Of a DNA stretch of 64,000 nt, positions 40,106 to 50,197 are shown one piece after another. The translations under genes were made by a program, and so were the position numbers. The notes below the pieces were generated by a model. That model searched no databases. It was not told where the DNA came from and was given only the letters and a program-made list of their open reading frames with translations. Within the stretch, counting starts at the first letter, position 1. The number at the start of each line of letters is the position of its first letter. The stretch is from Alphaproteobacteria bacterium (GTDB taxonomy: Bacteria; Pseudomonadota; Alphaproteobacteria; Bin95). The stretch lies in the NCBI GenBank assembly GCA_965205265.1, contig CBDBGH010000003.1, positions 480,001-544,000 of the forward strand, read 5' to 3'.

Positions 40106-40738
40106 ATCTCACAAATACGACGTGCACCCGATCCGGAGGACCCCGGCGTTGCCGAGACGGTCGCGGACTGGGCGAAGGTGGAAGGCGCGGTCGCGGCGCG
40201 GATCATGATGGCTTACGGGGTTTCGAGGGATCCCGACCATGCGGGCGTCTCGCGCGTGCTGCGCGCGGCGGCCGGCGCCGGGCTGCCGGTCAACCTGCTC
40301 TGCTGGGGCATCCTGGACCAGGCGCTGGCGCTTGCAAGGGCGCATCCGGACACACAGCTCGTCATCGACCATCTCGGCCTCCGGCAGCCTTTCGACCCGC
40401 CCGCGCCGCCGGAGCCCTTTGCCGACCTGCCGGCGCTGCTGGCGCTGGCGGAGTGCGGGAATGTCGTCGTCAAGATCACGGGCGCCTGCACGCTCAGCCG
40501 CGCGCCTTACCCCTTCGACGATATCTGGGACCCGCTCGCGCGCATCTTCGAGGCATTCGGCATCGACCGCTGCCTCTGGGGCACGGACTGGACCCGGGCC
40601 GTCAACCTCATCACCTATGAGGAGGGCGTCGAGCCGTTCCGCCGGACGGACAGGCTGACGGAAAGCGAGCGCGCCGAACTGATGGGCGGCACCCTCCAGC
40701 GGGTCTATGGCTGGTCGCCCTCGGCGGCCTGAACGTCT

Positions 40739-41290
40739 CCTCCGACAAGCTCAGGACAGGCTCCTCCGTCATACCCGGACTTGTTCCGGGTATCTCTTCC
40801 CGCTGCTTCCGCCGGGCGGCCGTATGGATACCCGGAACAAGTCCATTGCTGTCCGGTTCAGGATTTGCGGGCAGGGCGCATGGCTTGGATTCAACCGGGT
40901 TTCGAGGGGTTCGGCGGGATCGGGACCCGGATCGACGCCCGGCGGCCCGGCCCCCAAGTCGTCATGCCCGACCCCCATATCGTCATGCCCGGACTTGTTC
41001 CGGGCATCTCCCTCCACCGCTTCTCCCGGGGCGGCCGTATGGATACCCGGAACAAGTCCGGGTATGACGAAAGAGCCTGCCCTGAGCCTGCCGAAGGGGG
41101 GCGTTCGAGCCTCACGGGCAAGGGGCGGATCGCAGACGCCGCGCGCCCCCGAAACCCCCGGCGGACCCCCGTTCAGCCTCACCCAATGGCTGAACCGGAC
41201 AGCAATGGACTTGTTCCGGGCATCTCCCTCGGGGGCCATGGCGGCGGCGAAAATGGATGCCCGGAACAAGTCCGGGCATGACGAAGGGGG
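40739..41290. repeat. nested cluster of family A REP dimers, a second IR pair and a MITE-like element
   Basis: GTCAT(A/G)CCCGGACTTGTTCCGGG(T/C)ATC arms and their inverses; CTCCGACAAGCTCAGGACAGGCTC vs GAGCCTGCCCTGAGCCTGCCGAAG. Confidence 0.85.
40845..41206. mobile_element. MITE-like non-autonomous element with perfect 17-bp terminal IRs
   Basis: ATTGCTGTCCGGTTCAG (40845-40861) / CTGAACCGGACAGCAAT (41190-41206); left ~105 bp repeated at 10606-10710. Confidence 0.65.
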
Positions 41291-41338
41291 GCGTTCGGGC
41301 ATTATGGAAGCGGACCGGATCCCGCATAGACGCTATTC

Positions 41339-42184
41339 TCAAACGGGGATGTCGCCCTTGATTGTGGTGCGCCACAGGAGGCGGCGCTGCGGCAGGTCGT
41401 AGTCCTGGATGGCGCGGTGCTGCACGGTGCAGTTGTCCCAGACCACGACATCGCCTACCTGCCAGCGGTGCTGGTAGATGAACTCGGTGCGCACGATATG
41501 GTCGGCCAGCGCCTCGATCAGCCCCCGCGAGGTTTCCTCGTCCCTGCCGACGATCCCGGTGCAGTCGTCGCGCACGATATAGAGGCTCTTGCGTCCCGTG
41601 CGCGGATGGGTGCGGACGATGGGATGCTCGACCGGCGGGTATTGCGCGATGTCCTCGGCGCTCACGGGCGAGGAGCGCTTGCGCCCCCGGAAATCGAAAA
41701 CGCCCCGCAGGTCGCGGATTTCCTCCTGCATCGCCGGGGGCAGCGCGTCCCAGGCGGCGGCGGCATTGGCGAAGCAGGTGTCGCCCAGCGTGAGCCCGTG
41801 CAGGACCGGCACCTCGACCGCATAGAGCATGGTGGCGCCCGCCGGGCGCTCGGCGTAGCTCATGTCCGTGTGCCAGGTCTCGCCCGCGCGCCTCGTGCCG
41901 ATGGGCGCGCCATACTCGACGATGTTGGAGATGAGGTAGATCTCGGGGCTGCCGTCGATGCCGAAGCGGGCGGCGTTGAAATTGAACTCCGGCTCGCCGA
42001 AGCGCCGGGTGAAGGCGACCTGGCTTTCGGGCGTCAGTGTCTGGTTGCGGAGCACGATCACGCCGTGCCTGTCGAGCGCTTCGCGGACGCTCGCGAATTC
42101 GTCGTCGTCCAGTCCCGCGCCGATATCGGCCCCGAGGATCTCCGCGCCCGTGGCGGGCGAGGCGGGCCTGACTTCAATGGCCAT
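41339..42184 (-). CDS. TauD/TfdA family dioxygenase
   Basis: WHTDMSY, GDTCFAN, WDNCTVQHRA. Confidence 0.92.
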   Translation of the reverse strand: MAIEVRPASPATGAEILGADIGAGLDDDEFASVREALDRHGVIVLRNQTLTPESQVAFTRRFGEPEFNFNAARFGIDGSPEIYLISNIVEYGAPIGTRRAGETWHTDMSYAERPAGATMLYAVEVPVLHGLTLGDTCFANAAAAWDALPPAMQEEIRDLRGVFDFRGRKRSSPVSAEDIAQYPPVEHPIVRTHPRTGRKSLYIVRDDCTGIVGRDEETSRGLIEALADHIVRTEFIYQHRWQVGDVVVWDNCTVQHRAIQDYDLPQRRLLWRTTIKGDIPV

Positions 42185-42208
42185 GACTGCTGCCTCCCCG
42201 GTTCGTCT

Positions 42209-43066
42209 TCAATCGCCGGCGACGCGCGCGCCCGCGTCCCTGTCCTTGATCGAGGTGCGCCAATGGATGCGGTCTTCCTCGGGAGGATAGTCGCCGGCCG
42301 CCTTGTGGACCATGCAGCGATTGTCCCAGATGACGACATCGCCGACCCGCCAGCGGTGGTCGTAGCGCGCATCCGCGACCACCATGCGCCCTTCGAGCTC
42401 GTCGATAAGCGCGTCGCTCTCCGCAGGCGCCAGGCCCTCGACATAGACGATCTTGCCGGGGTCGAAATAGAGCGACTTGCGCCCCGTTTCCGGGTGTGTG
42501 CGGACCAGCGGGTGGAACACCGCGCGATGGCCGCGGTCTTCCGGGTTCAACAGGGCGTCGGAGCCCCGCTTGCCGCCGCCATAGGCGAAGGCGCCCCGCC
42601 GGCCTGCAATCTCCGACTTAAGCCGTTCGGGCAGCGCGTCGTAAGCGCGGTACATGGATGAGAAATGGGTGTCGCCGCCGCGGCTCGGCACGGCGAGCGC
42701 ATAGAGCTGCGTCGCCTTGAAGGGCACCTCGTCATAGGCCCCGTCGGTGTGCCAGGACGCCGCGCCGCGCCGGTAGATTTCCTCGTTCAGCCGGCCGTCG
42801 GCGTCGAACTTGCCGACGCCGAGCACCGTCACCTCGGGATGGTCCGGGTGGCGTGTCGAACGGGAAGGGTGCGGCACGACATGCCCGAAACGGCGGCTGT
42901 AGGCGATGAAGTCCTCGATTTCGAGCGCCTGGTCGCGCACGACCGCGACGCCATAGTCGAGCCACGCGGCGTAGATCGGCCGGAAGCCGTGTTCGTCGAG
43001 CCGCGCGATATCGACGCCGGCGATCTCCACGCCGGTATGCTCGGAAAGCGGCCGGATCTCGGTCAT
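42209..43066 (-). CDS. TauD/TfdA family dioxygenase
   Basis: WHTDGAY, GGDTHF, WDNRCMVHKA. Confidence 0.92.
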   Translation of the reverse strand: MTEIRPLSEHTGVEIAGVDIARLDEHGFRPIYAAWLDYGVAVVRDQALEIEDFIAYSRRFGHVVPHPSRSTRHPDHPEVTVLGVGKFDADGRLNEEIYRRGAASWHTDGAYDEVPFKATQLYALAVPSRGGDTHFSSMYRAYDALPERLKSEIAGRRGAFAYGGGKRGSDALLNPEDRGHRAVFHPLVRTHPETGRKSLYFDPGKIVYVEGLAPAESDALIDELEGRMVVADARYDHRWRVGDVVIWDNRCMVHKAAGDYPPEEDRIHWRTSIKDRDAGARVAGD

Positions 43067-43082
43067 GCCTGCGGGCCTCCCG

Positions 43083-44096
43083 TCAGGGCCGCCGGTCCCG
43101 GGGCAGCGTCTCGAGATAGACCCCCAGATCGACCTCGTTCACCAGCGCCTCGCCGGCAGCATAGCGCGGAAGATTGGCGATGAAGAGGTCGTCGGCGCGC
43201 CCGCGCGTTCCATTGCCGGCAAAGGAACAATGCCCCGTCAGCCGGACGGAGGGATGCGCCCAGTACGGGCTGCTGCGCGGCAGGGGCTCCGGTTCGAACA
43301 CATCCAGCACGGCGGTCCCGACCCGGCCGCTGTCGAGCGCCGCCAGCAGCGCGTCGTCGTCCACCACGCCGCCGCGCGCGACGTTCACCAGCACCGCACC
43401 CGGCTTCATGGCCGCAAGGAACCTGGCATCGACAAGCCTGTCGGTCTCCGACGAATGCGGGCAGCACAGCACCACCACATCGGCCTCTCCGAGCCGGTCC
43501 CCGAGCCTGTCCATCGCGCAGACCTCGTCGGCGAAGGGCGCCGGCGCCGCGCTGCGCCGCACGCCTGTGACCCGGGCGCCGAATGCGCCGGCGCGCCTGC
43601 CGATCTCGCGCCCGATATTGCCGTATCCGACGATGAGCCACGCAGTGCCTGCTAGCTCGCGGAACGGGAGCTGCTTCCATTCGCCGGCCGCCTGCGCCGC
43701 GCGCCGTTCCGCCAGCCCCTGGAAGATGTCCAGCACATGGGCGAACACATATTCGGAAATGGCCACCGCCTGGGCGCTGGACGCTCCGATGCGGATGCCC
43801 TTCGCCGCAATGGCGCGGTAGCCCGGATGGTCGAGGCCGGCGTTGAATGTCTGCACCCACTCGACCGTGCGCGAGGCGGCGATGGCTTCGAGGCAGTCGG
43901 CGAAGGCCCTGCCGGTCATATCGGAGGTCAGCCATACCGCCCTGGCCGGCGCCTCGGCCAGCGGCACCGGCCCGCCTTCCGCCATGCAGCGCCCGCCGTC
44001 CAGCAGCGGCAGGACCTGCAGCGGCAGGTCGAGCGCGGCGATCCGGTCCGCCACGCGGTCCCGGGCGGCGGGGTGCATGGCGACATTCAGCGTCAT
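43083..44096 (-). CDS. D-isomer specific 2-hydroxyacid dehydrogenase
   Basis: GYGNIG, VNVARG, LDVFEPEPL, LTGH. Confidence 0.9.
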   Translation of the reverse strand: MTLNVAMHPAARDRVADRIAALDLPLQVLPLLDGGRCMAEGGPVPLAEAPARAVWLTSDMTGRAFADCLEAIAASRTVEWVQTFNAGLDHPGYRAIAAKGIRIGASSAQAVAISEYVFAHVLDIFQGLAERRAAQAAGEWKQLPFRELAGTAWLIVGYGNIGREIGRRAGAFGARVTGVRRSAAPAPFADEVCAMDRLGDRLGEADVVVLCCPHSSETDRLVDARFLAAMKPGAVLVNVARGGVVDDDALLAALDSGRVGTAVLDVFEPEPLPRSSPYWAHPSVRLTGHCSFAGNGTRGRADDLFIANLPRYAAGEALVNEVDLGVYLETLPRDRRP

Positions 44097-44105
44097 CGCG
44101 CCGGC

Positions 44106-44507
44106 CTAGCCGGAATAGTCGGCATCGCTGACCTTTTCGAACCACTCGGTTCCGCCGCCGTCGTCGCCGGTTTCGGACATGGCGAGATGCGTGAAGATGC
44201 TGTCCGGCGCAGCGCCGTGCCAGTGGCGCGCGTCGGGCGGAATGACGGCGGTGTCGCCGGGCCTCAGCTCCTCGACCGGCCCTCCTTCGACCTGCACGCG
44301 CCCGATCCCGGAGACGGCCCAGAGCGTCTGGCCGACCGGATGATGGTGCCATGCCGTTCGCGCGCCTGGATTGAAGGTGACATTCGTTGCCCGCATCCGC
44401 GAGGGAGCCGCCCCCACAAGCACTTCGTCCTGATAGACATCGCCCGTGAACCGGTCGGCGGGCGCCTTCTTCGTCGCCCGGTCGCCGACCCTGTAAATCG
44501 TCAGCAT
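44106..44507 (-). CDS. cupin domain protein
   Basis: FNPGARTAWHHHPVGQ, HWHGA, EWFEKVSD.DY. Confidence 0.9.
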   Translation of the reverse strand: MLTIYRVGDRATKKAPADRFTGDVYQDEVLVGAAPSRMRATNVTFNPGARTAWHHHPVGQTLWAVSGIGRVQVEGGPVEELRPGDTAVIPPDARHWHGAAPDSIFTHLAMSETGDDGGGTEWFEKVSDADYSG

Positions 44508-45315
44508 TGGCGTTCCTTCCCCGGCAATCCCCTATGCCGGACCGGAGAGTAACAGCGGGTCCGATCGGCTGTCGAGTTGAACGGGCGGCATTCCATATAG
44601 CGACGTTTTCCGACCGGATATCCGGCTTGCAACGGGCGCCGGTTGCAGGGGCGCTGCGGGAAGCGGCCATAATCGGGAACGACTGTTTCCCGCCTGCTTT
44701 GGAGAGGAAGAGAATCCGGCTCAAGCGAGGTCGGCGGCAGCCTGAAAGACGACAGAAAAAGATTCAACGCCGGAGCCATAACCGGCCCGTTGCAAATGCG
44801 GCCGGATATGCTTCTGTTTTGGTGTCGACAAGTATCTTTCGGCATATTGCGCTTTTCCCGCCGCAGGCCGCGGAAGGGCCGGACGAGGCGCTTCGAACTC
44901 CTGCCGGCAGACATCGGCCAATGGCGCCATGCGAATTTCAGCCTTCGATCGGCTTTCGAAAGGCGGGCGCCCGACTCTTCCGTCCAGCCTCGACCGGAGA
45001 TCGTTTATGCGTCGCCCGCCCCCCTTGCGTCGCTCTCGATTCTCAAGAGGCGGATAAAGTATCTCCATACCGGCCCGGCAACGAGGCCGCAGACAAGGTT
45101 CAGTTGAACTTCGGCACGGTAAATGCCAGGCGATTTACCCGACGGGCAACGGTGCGACAATCGTCGCCTAAGCGGTGCATAAATTGTGCGGGAGGCCCGA
45201 ACGGGGCCGGTAACGATGAACGGTCAGGCAATTTGCGACCAAGGCGACCGATTCAACCTCCTGCGCCCGGTACAAGCGGGCGCAGGGAAATGGAGAACCG
45301 GCCTGCCGACGACGG

Positions 45316-45579
45316 TCAGTCGTCGCGGGATTCGACGATCACGCGCTTGCGCCCGCGCCGGACAAGATAGCCGCCGCGCCGTATCGTAAGCTTGCCCTGC
45401 TGAATCAAGGCCCATAACGCATCGGCGATGACTTCGGCATTTTGATCCGTATCCGGCGCATCCGTAGCCTGGACGAGCCACTTGGCAAAGGCCTCGTCGG
45501 CTATGGAAGGGCCCAACGACTTGCGAAGCGCATTGAGCTTGCGAAGTTGGCCCTTTGTCAGGGCAGTTTCGTCAATCAT
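45316..45579 (-). CDS. small basic hypothetical protein
   Basis: 87 aa; GGAGG RBS; LTKGQLRKLNALRKS and RGGYLVRRGRKRVIV; downstream hairpin CCTGCGCCCG/CGGGCGCAGG. Confidence 0.7.
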   Translation of the reverse strand: MIDETALTKGQLRKLNALRKSLGPSIADEAFAKWLVQATDAPDTDQNAEVIADALWALIQQGKLTIRRGGYLVRRGRKRVIVESRDD

Positions 45580-45673
45580 GTCGAGGCCTCCGTCAATCCA
45601 CCTCTAGCGTACAGCAAAACACAATAGCAAATGCCACCCAAAATTGTAACACCCTTGCAATTCACGCCTCAGG

Positions 45674-47563
45674 CTAAATTGTCGCGGCGCCTTGCCCGTC
45701 CTCGAGTAGTGCGACTTCCGGAACGCCCGGCGCTTCGAAACCCAGTATCCGCGCGAAGAAGGAAAGTTCGGCTTCCAGGGCGGCCACGATATTCTCGGCC
45801 CTGCGGAATCCATGGCCTTCACCGTCGAACAACAGCAGCGCAGCGGGAATTCTCCTAGCCCTGAGGGCGTTCGCCATGGCTTCGGTCTGTCCGGGCGGCA
45901 CGACCTTGTCCTCCGTGCCTTGCAAGAAGATGACGGGGCAGGAAATACCATCGGCATGAAGCAAGGGAGAGCGGGCATCGTAAATTGCTTCCGCCTCCGG
46001 TAGAGGGCCGATCAAGCGGTCGAGATAACGGCTCTCGAATTTGTGCGTATCCCGCGCAAGAGCCTTGAGGTCCCCGATACCGTAAAGGCTCGCTCCGGCC
46101 TTGAAAACATCGCGAAACGCAAGCGCGGCGAGAGTCGTATATCCGCCGGCGCTGCCGCCCCGCACGACAAGCCGGTTTGCGTCCGCTTTTCCGGAATCGG
46201 CCAGCCATGTTGCCGCTGCGCAGCAATCGTCCACGTCGATGATGCCCCACTGACCGTCCAGTTGCCGGCGAAAAGCGCGTCCGTAGCCGGTACTGCCGCC
46301 GTAATTGACGTCCACGACTGCAAAGCCGCGTGTCGTCCAGTATTGGATGGCCGGCGAATAGCCGTTGTCCGAGGCGCCGGTCGGGCCGCCATGCGACCGC
46401 ACGACCAGCGGCGGACGCTCCCCCTCGGGCGCGGCGAAACCGGGATTCTTCGGCGCATAGAACCACGCATGCGCGGTCCTTCCGCCACTGGTCGGGAAGG
46501 AGACCGCCTCGCCGCGCGAGACGAAGGCCGGGTCGGGATCGTCCGGGGCGGAGCGGGCCAGGGTCTCGCGTATTCCGTCCTCGTGCAGCAGGTCGAGCCG
46601 GGCCGGCCGGTCGGTGTCGACACCCAGCACCGCCCAGCCGCCGTTGAAGGGCACGGGGCAGGATGGCCGCGAAAAGCCGGTTTCGAACGGGCCGCCGCGG
46701 AGCCGCTCGACGAAGACACTGCCGTCCGATTCGTACCGGACGACCGTGTCGCCGTCGTCGAGGCAGCGGTAGCTTTGAGCGCCGAGGCCCCAGAGCGGCC
46801 CGGCGAACTCCGCCGCCATCGGCTTCAGCGCCGTGCCGCCCTCGCTGTCATGGACGTACAGATTCCACCAGCCCGAGCGATCCGAAATGTAATGCAGCCG
46901 CCCGTCCGCCGACCATGACGGCTGCAACACCGATTCGCCCGGCCCGCCCGCGACGGGCTCGCCGTCGAGCAGCAATTCGGTCGCGTCCCATGGCATGTTC
47001 GGGTGGTCCCAGGCGATGCAGGCGAGACGCCCGTCGGGGCCGGGCCGGGGTGCGGCGTAGAAGTCCCGCCCCATGCAAACCGGTTCGCCTTCACCGATTC
47101 GGTCGGGGTTCAGGAGAACCACGCAGTTGACCGGTTCGCCGGCCCCGCGATGGTCCTCGCGCACGGCATAGATGCCGTCGCGGGCGAAAGCGAAATCGGC
47201 GTAACGCAAGGGCGCCTCGGGCGTTATCCGCCTCGGTTCGCCGTCGTCCCCGACAAGCCAGACGGTCCCGTCCGGGAAATGCGAAAAGACGACGAGGCCG
47301 CCGAGCGCGGCGTAAGCGCCGCCGCCATATTCGTGCACCCGCGAGCGCACATCGAACTGCGGGGGCAGGACTTCCCGGATTTCCCCGTTCCGGTAGCGCA
47401 TGAGCACGCTGCGGCCCCGCTCGCGCGGCCGGCCTTCCAGCCAGTAGAGGCTTTCGCCGTCCGCGCGGACGAATGAGAGACCGACTCCCGCTTCCGCAAT
47501 CCGTTGCGCCGAGAGGTTCGAGACCCAGCTTCCATAGGGCCTGACAACAGGCTTGTCGGTCAT
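45674..47563 (-). CDS. S9 family peptidase (acylaminoacyl/prolyl oligopeptidase)
   Basis: PYGSW, HGGPT, GGSAGGY, DKVVP, EGHGFR. Confidence 0.93.
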   Translation of the reverse strand: MTDKPVVRPYGSWVSNLSAQRIAEAGVGLSFVRADGESLYWLEGRPRERGRSVLMRYRNGEIREVLPPQFDVRSRVHEYGGGAYAALGGLVVFSHFPDGTVWLVGDDGEPRRITPEAPLRYADFAFARDGIYAVREDHRGAGEPVNCVVLLNPDRIGEGEPVCMGRDFYAAPRPGPDGRLACIAWDHPNMPWDATELLLDGEPVAGGPGESVLQPSWSADGRLHYISDRSGWWNLYVHDSEGGTALKPMAAEFAGPLWGLGAQSYRCLDDGDTVVRYESDGSVFVERLRGGPFETGFSRPSCPVPFNGGWAVLGVDTDRPARLDLLHEDGIRETLARSAPDDPDPAFVSRGEAVSFPTSGGRTAHAWFYAPKNPGFAAPEGERPPLVVRSHGGPTGASDNGYSPAIQYWTTRGFAVVDVNYGGSTGYGRAFRRQLDGQWGIIDVDDCCAAATWLADSGKADANRLVVRGGSAGGYTTLAALAFRDVFKAGASLYGIGDLKALARDTHKFESRYLDRLIGPLPEAEAIYDARSPLLHADGISCPVIFLQGTEDKVVPPGQTEAMANALRARRIPAALLLFDGEGHGFRRAENIVAALEAELSFFARILGFEAPGVPEVALLEDGQGAATI

Positions 47564-47632
47564 GGCGGACATTCCTCATCGCGTGGCCTGCGCCATTGTC
47601 AACCGGCGCCGTCCAAGCTTCAATCGATAGCG

Positions 47633-48109
47633 ATGGAGAGGACAGTTCGCGAGACGGACGCCGCCGGTGCGCTCTGGGATTTCGCCGTCCGGCTGTATGC
47701 CGAGCCCGGCGTCAGCGAAGCCTGCCTCGCCCTGCAGGACAGGTTCGGCGTCGATGTGCCGTTGCTGCTGTGGGCCGCGTGGCTTGGCGACGGTGCGGAT
47801 GCGGCGGCGCTGAGGGCCGGCGACCGGGCCGTCGGTCCCTGGCGGGCGCGGGCCGTGCGGCCGATGCGGGCGCTGCGGCGCCATCTCCGCCATACCGTTG
47901 CCGGGCTGGACAAGGATGCGCAGGAAAGCTGGCGAAACGCCGCAAAGCGGCTGGAGATCGACGCGGAACGGCTGGCGCTCGGTATTCTGGCCGAAATCGG
48001 CCGGCGGAACGGACGCGCGAACCTGGTTCCCTTTGCCGCCGTATTCGGCCTGGAACGCAGCGCCCCCGAGCTGAGGCTGATCGAGGCAGCGGCGCGCCGG
48101 CTTGCATGA
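47633..48109 (+). CDS. TIGR02444/DUF2390 family protein
   Basis: LWDFAVRLYA.PGV..ACLALQD..GVDVPLLL, PMRALRR. Confidence 0.82.
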   Translation: MERTVRETDAAGALWDFAVRLYAEPGVSEACLALQDRFGVDVPLLLWAAWLGDGADAAALRAGDRAVGPWRARAVRPMRALRRHLRHTVAGLDKDAQESWRNAAKRLEIDAERLALGILAEIGRRNGRANLVPFAAVFGLERSAPELRLIEAAARRLA

Positions 48110-48130
48110 GTGCGCGCGGCCCGCTTCCGG

Positions 48131-48916
48131 TCAGACTTCCCAGGCGGGCGGGCGTTTTTCCAGGAAGGAGGCGGCGCCCTCGCGGCCTTCGTCGCTGGCC
48201 CAGCTTTCGGCGAAAGCGTAGAGGCCGTCGATTCCCAGCGTATCGGGGCCGCTGCGGTCGTAGAGGTCGAGCGCGCGCTTGACGGCCGCGGCCGCGCCGG
48301 GGGCTGCGCCGAGGCAGCCGGCAACGGCTGCATCCACGGCCCCGTCGAGTTCCCCGTCGGACACGGCGCGGTCGATGAGGCCGATGCGTTGGGCTTCGGC
48401 CGCGTCGAAAGTCTCTCCGGTGAACAGGTAACGCTTGTAGGCTGCGGTGCCGATGCGCGTCAGCAGCGCCTTGAGCGCGGCGGTGGGAACCACGCCCCGG
48501 CGAAGCTCCGTGAACGCGAAGCGTGCGCCGGCCCCGGCGATCGCAACATCGCTCGCTGCAATCAGGGTTATGCCGCCGCCGAATGCGCCGCCCTGCACCC
48601 GCGCGACAACCGGGCAGGGCAGGCAGGCGATCCGGTGGCTCAGCATTGAGCCGCGCAGCGCCGCCTGAAGCCGCTGTTCGGCGGGCGCCTGTCCCATGTG
48701 CCGGAACATGTTGATGTCGCCGCCCGCCGTGAAATGGCGGCCGTCCGCGGCAAGAACCAGCAGGCGCAGGTCCGCTCTGCCATGCAACGCATCGAGCGCG
48801 AGATGGATTTCCCGCATCGTCTCTACGGTGAGCGCATTCAACCGGTCGGGCCGGGCGAAAGTGAGCGTTGCAACGCCCCGCGCGTCTTCTTCCAGGCGTA
48901 TCGTTTTCCATTCCAT
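48131..48916 (-). CDS. enoyl-CoA hydratase/isomerase (methylglutaconyl-CoA hydratase-like)
   Basis: FTAGGDI, GGAFGGG, TELRRGVVP, EGREGAASFLEKRPP. Confidence 0.9.
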   Translation of the reverse strand: MEWKTIRLEEDARGVATLTFARPDRLNALTVETMREIHLALDALHGRADLRLLVLAADGRHFTAGGDINMFRHMGQAPAEQRLQAALRGSMLSHRIACLPCPVVARVQGGAFGGGITLIAASDVAIAGAGARFAFTELRRGVVPTAALKALLTRIGTAAYKRYLFTGETFDAAEAQRIGLIDRAVSDGELDGAVDAAVAGCLGAAPGAAAAVKRALDLYDRSGPDTLGIDGLYAFAESWASDEGREGAASFLEKRPPAWEV

Positions 48917-49088
48917 GCCCGCCGCCTCCCGCGGCCTCCGTCATCGGCTGTTTCGGGTGCTTCTTTTCGACCTTGGGAGCGTGACGGTTGCGAATCGTCG
49001 GTTCTGCGCGAAATCATGGCGACAGGCTGCGAAATTGGCTATGGTGCCGGCTCCAGGCTAATCTGGACCGACAGGCAGGGACGATTCT

Positions 49089-49424
49089 ATGGACATCGGA
49101 GAGAGCAAGGAAGACGCCGTTTTTGTGCTCGAGCCCAAGGGCCGGCTCGACAGCGCGAATGCGCGCAGCTTCGAGGAACGGGTATTGGCCGCGTTGGAGA
49201 AGGGCGAAAACGCCCTGCTCATCGATTTTGACAAGCTGGACTACATCAGTTCAGCCGGCTTGCGCGTGCTGTTGATGGGAGCGAAACGGCTCCAGCAGTC
49301 CGGCGGCACGATTGCGCTTTGCGCGCTCAGCCCGAGCATCCACGAGGTTTTCGAGATCAGCGGTTTCCTCACCATCTTCACGGTGCATAGCGACAGGGCT
49401 GCGGCTCTGGCGGCTATGGGCTGA
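49089..49424 (+). CDS. STAS domain anti-sigma factor antagonist
   Basis: GRLDS, DYISSAGLRVLL (phospho-Ser motif), EVFEISGF. Confidence 0.92.
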   Translation: MDIGESKEDAVFVLEPKGRLDSANARSFEERVLAALEKGENALLIDFDKLDYISSAGLRVLLMGAKRLQQSGGTIALCALSPSIHEVFEISGFLTIFTVHSDRAAALAAMG

Positions 49425-49429
49425 GTGCA

Positions 49430-50080
49430 ATGCTTCGTTTTGCCGAAGAAATCATGTTGCTGCTGCTCGACGACAAGGACGGCAGCTTTCTGCCGATTCC
49501 GGAATGGTCGATGCAGTGCGCCCTGGCCGGCGCGGTATTGATGGACTTGGCCCTGGATGATCGGATCGACACCGACCTGGAATCTCTCATCCTTGTGGAC
49601 GGGAAGCCCACAGGCGACCCGCTGCTCGATCCCACGCTGGAGCGCATTGTGGCTTCCGGGGACGTGCAGGGCGCCCGCTACTGGGTCGAAAACACGGCCT
49701 CCTATGCCGATGAGATCCGCGAGGTCGCGCTCGCCCGGCTCGTGGAGAACGGCGTGCTGAGCCGGGAGGAGGACCGATTCCTCTGGGTTTTCCGGTCGCG
49801 GCGTTACCCGGTGATCGACGGACGGGCGGAGCGGGAAGTCAAACTCCGGATCATGGGCGTGCTGCTGTCGGACGAAATTCCCGACCCGCGCGATATCGTC
49901 ATCATTTGCCTGTGCGACGCCTGCGGCATTTTCAACGAGCTGCTGTCGCCGCGCGAACTGGAGCGCGCCCGCGGCCGTATCGACCAGGTGCGCAAGATGG
50001 ACCTCATCGGGCAGGCGGTTGCGAAGTCGGTCTGGGAAATCCAGGCATCGCTGGCCATGGCGGCGCACCCGGTCTACTAG
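49430..50080 (+). CDS. GOLPH3/Vps74 (GPP34) family protein
   Basis: FAEEIMLLLLDD, ALAGAVLMDLAL, TGDPLLD, RLVENGVL...FLWVF..RRYP. Confidence 0.82.
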   Translation: MLRFAEEIMLLLLDDKDGSFLPIPEWSMQCALAGAVLMDLALDDRIDTDLESLILVDGKPTGDPLLDPTLERIVASGDVQGARYWVENTASYADEIREVALARLVENGVLSREEDRFLWVFRSRRYPVIDGRAEREVKLRIMGVLLSDEIPDPRDIVIICLCDACGIFNELLSPRELERARGRIDQVRKMDLIGQAVAKSVWEIQASLAMAAHPVY

Positions 50081-50197
50081 ACGGCGCGGGCCCCGGCGGG
50101 CCTTTCGGTTGTTGCCTGAGACGAAGAGTCGCGCCTGTCCGGCGGCGAAGAACAGGAAGGTCTGGCCTTTCGCCGGTCGAACTCGCGGGCACGGGTC

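Larger units (their letters stand above)
38315..40129 (+). mobile_element. ISKra4-family-like insertion sequence, 1815 bp
   Basis: Terminal IRs GGGTGCACGTC / GACGTGCACCC; direct repeat GATCCGGAG at 38306-38314 and 40130-40138. Confidence 0.92.
38066..40732 (+). pseudogene. amidohydrolase_2 family gene interrupted by IS (5' part 38066-38314, 3' part 40139-40732)
   Basis: IIDAQVH N-terminus; VIDHLG and WGTDW C-terminus; removing the IS and one TSD copy restores the frame KPVDPE-DPGVAETV. Confidence 0.9.

Noticed and set aside
40707-41402. ORFs containing MDTRNKS / CPDLFR repeats (also 10641-10970)
   Set aside because: They are translations of the REP palindromes, not real proteins
44507-45370. 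287-aa plus-strand ORF across the gap
   Set aside because: TTG start overlaps the cupin start, it has no motifs, it overlaps the 45316 gene and its composition looks non-coding
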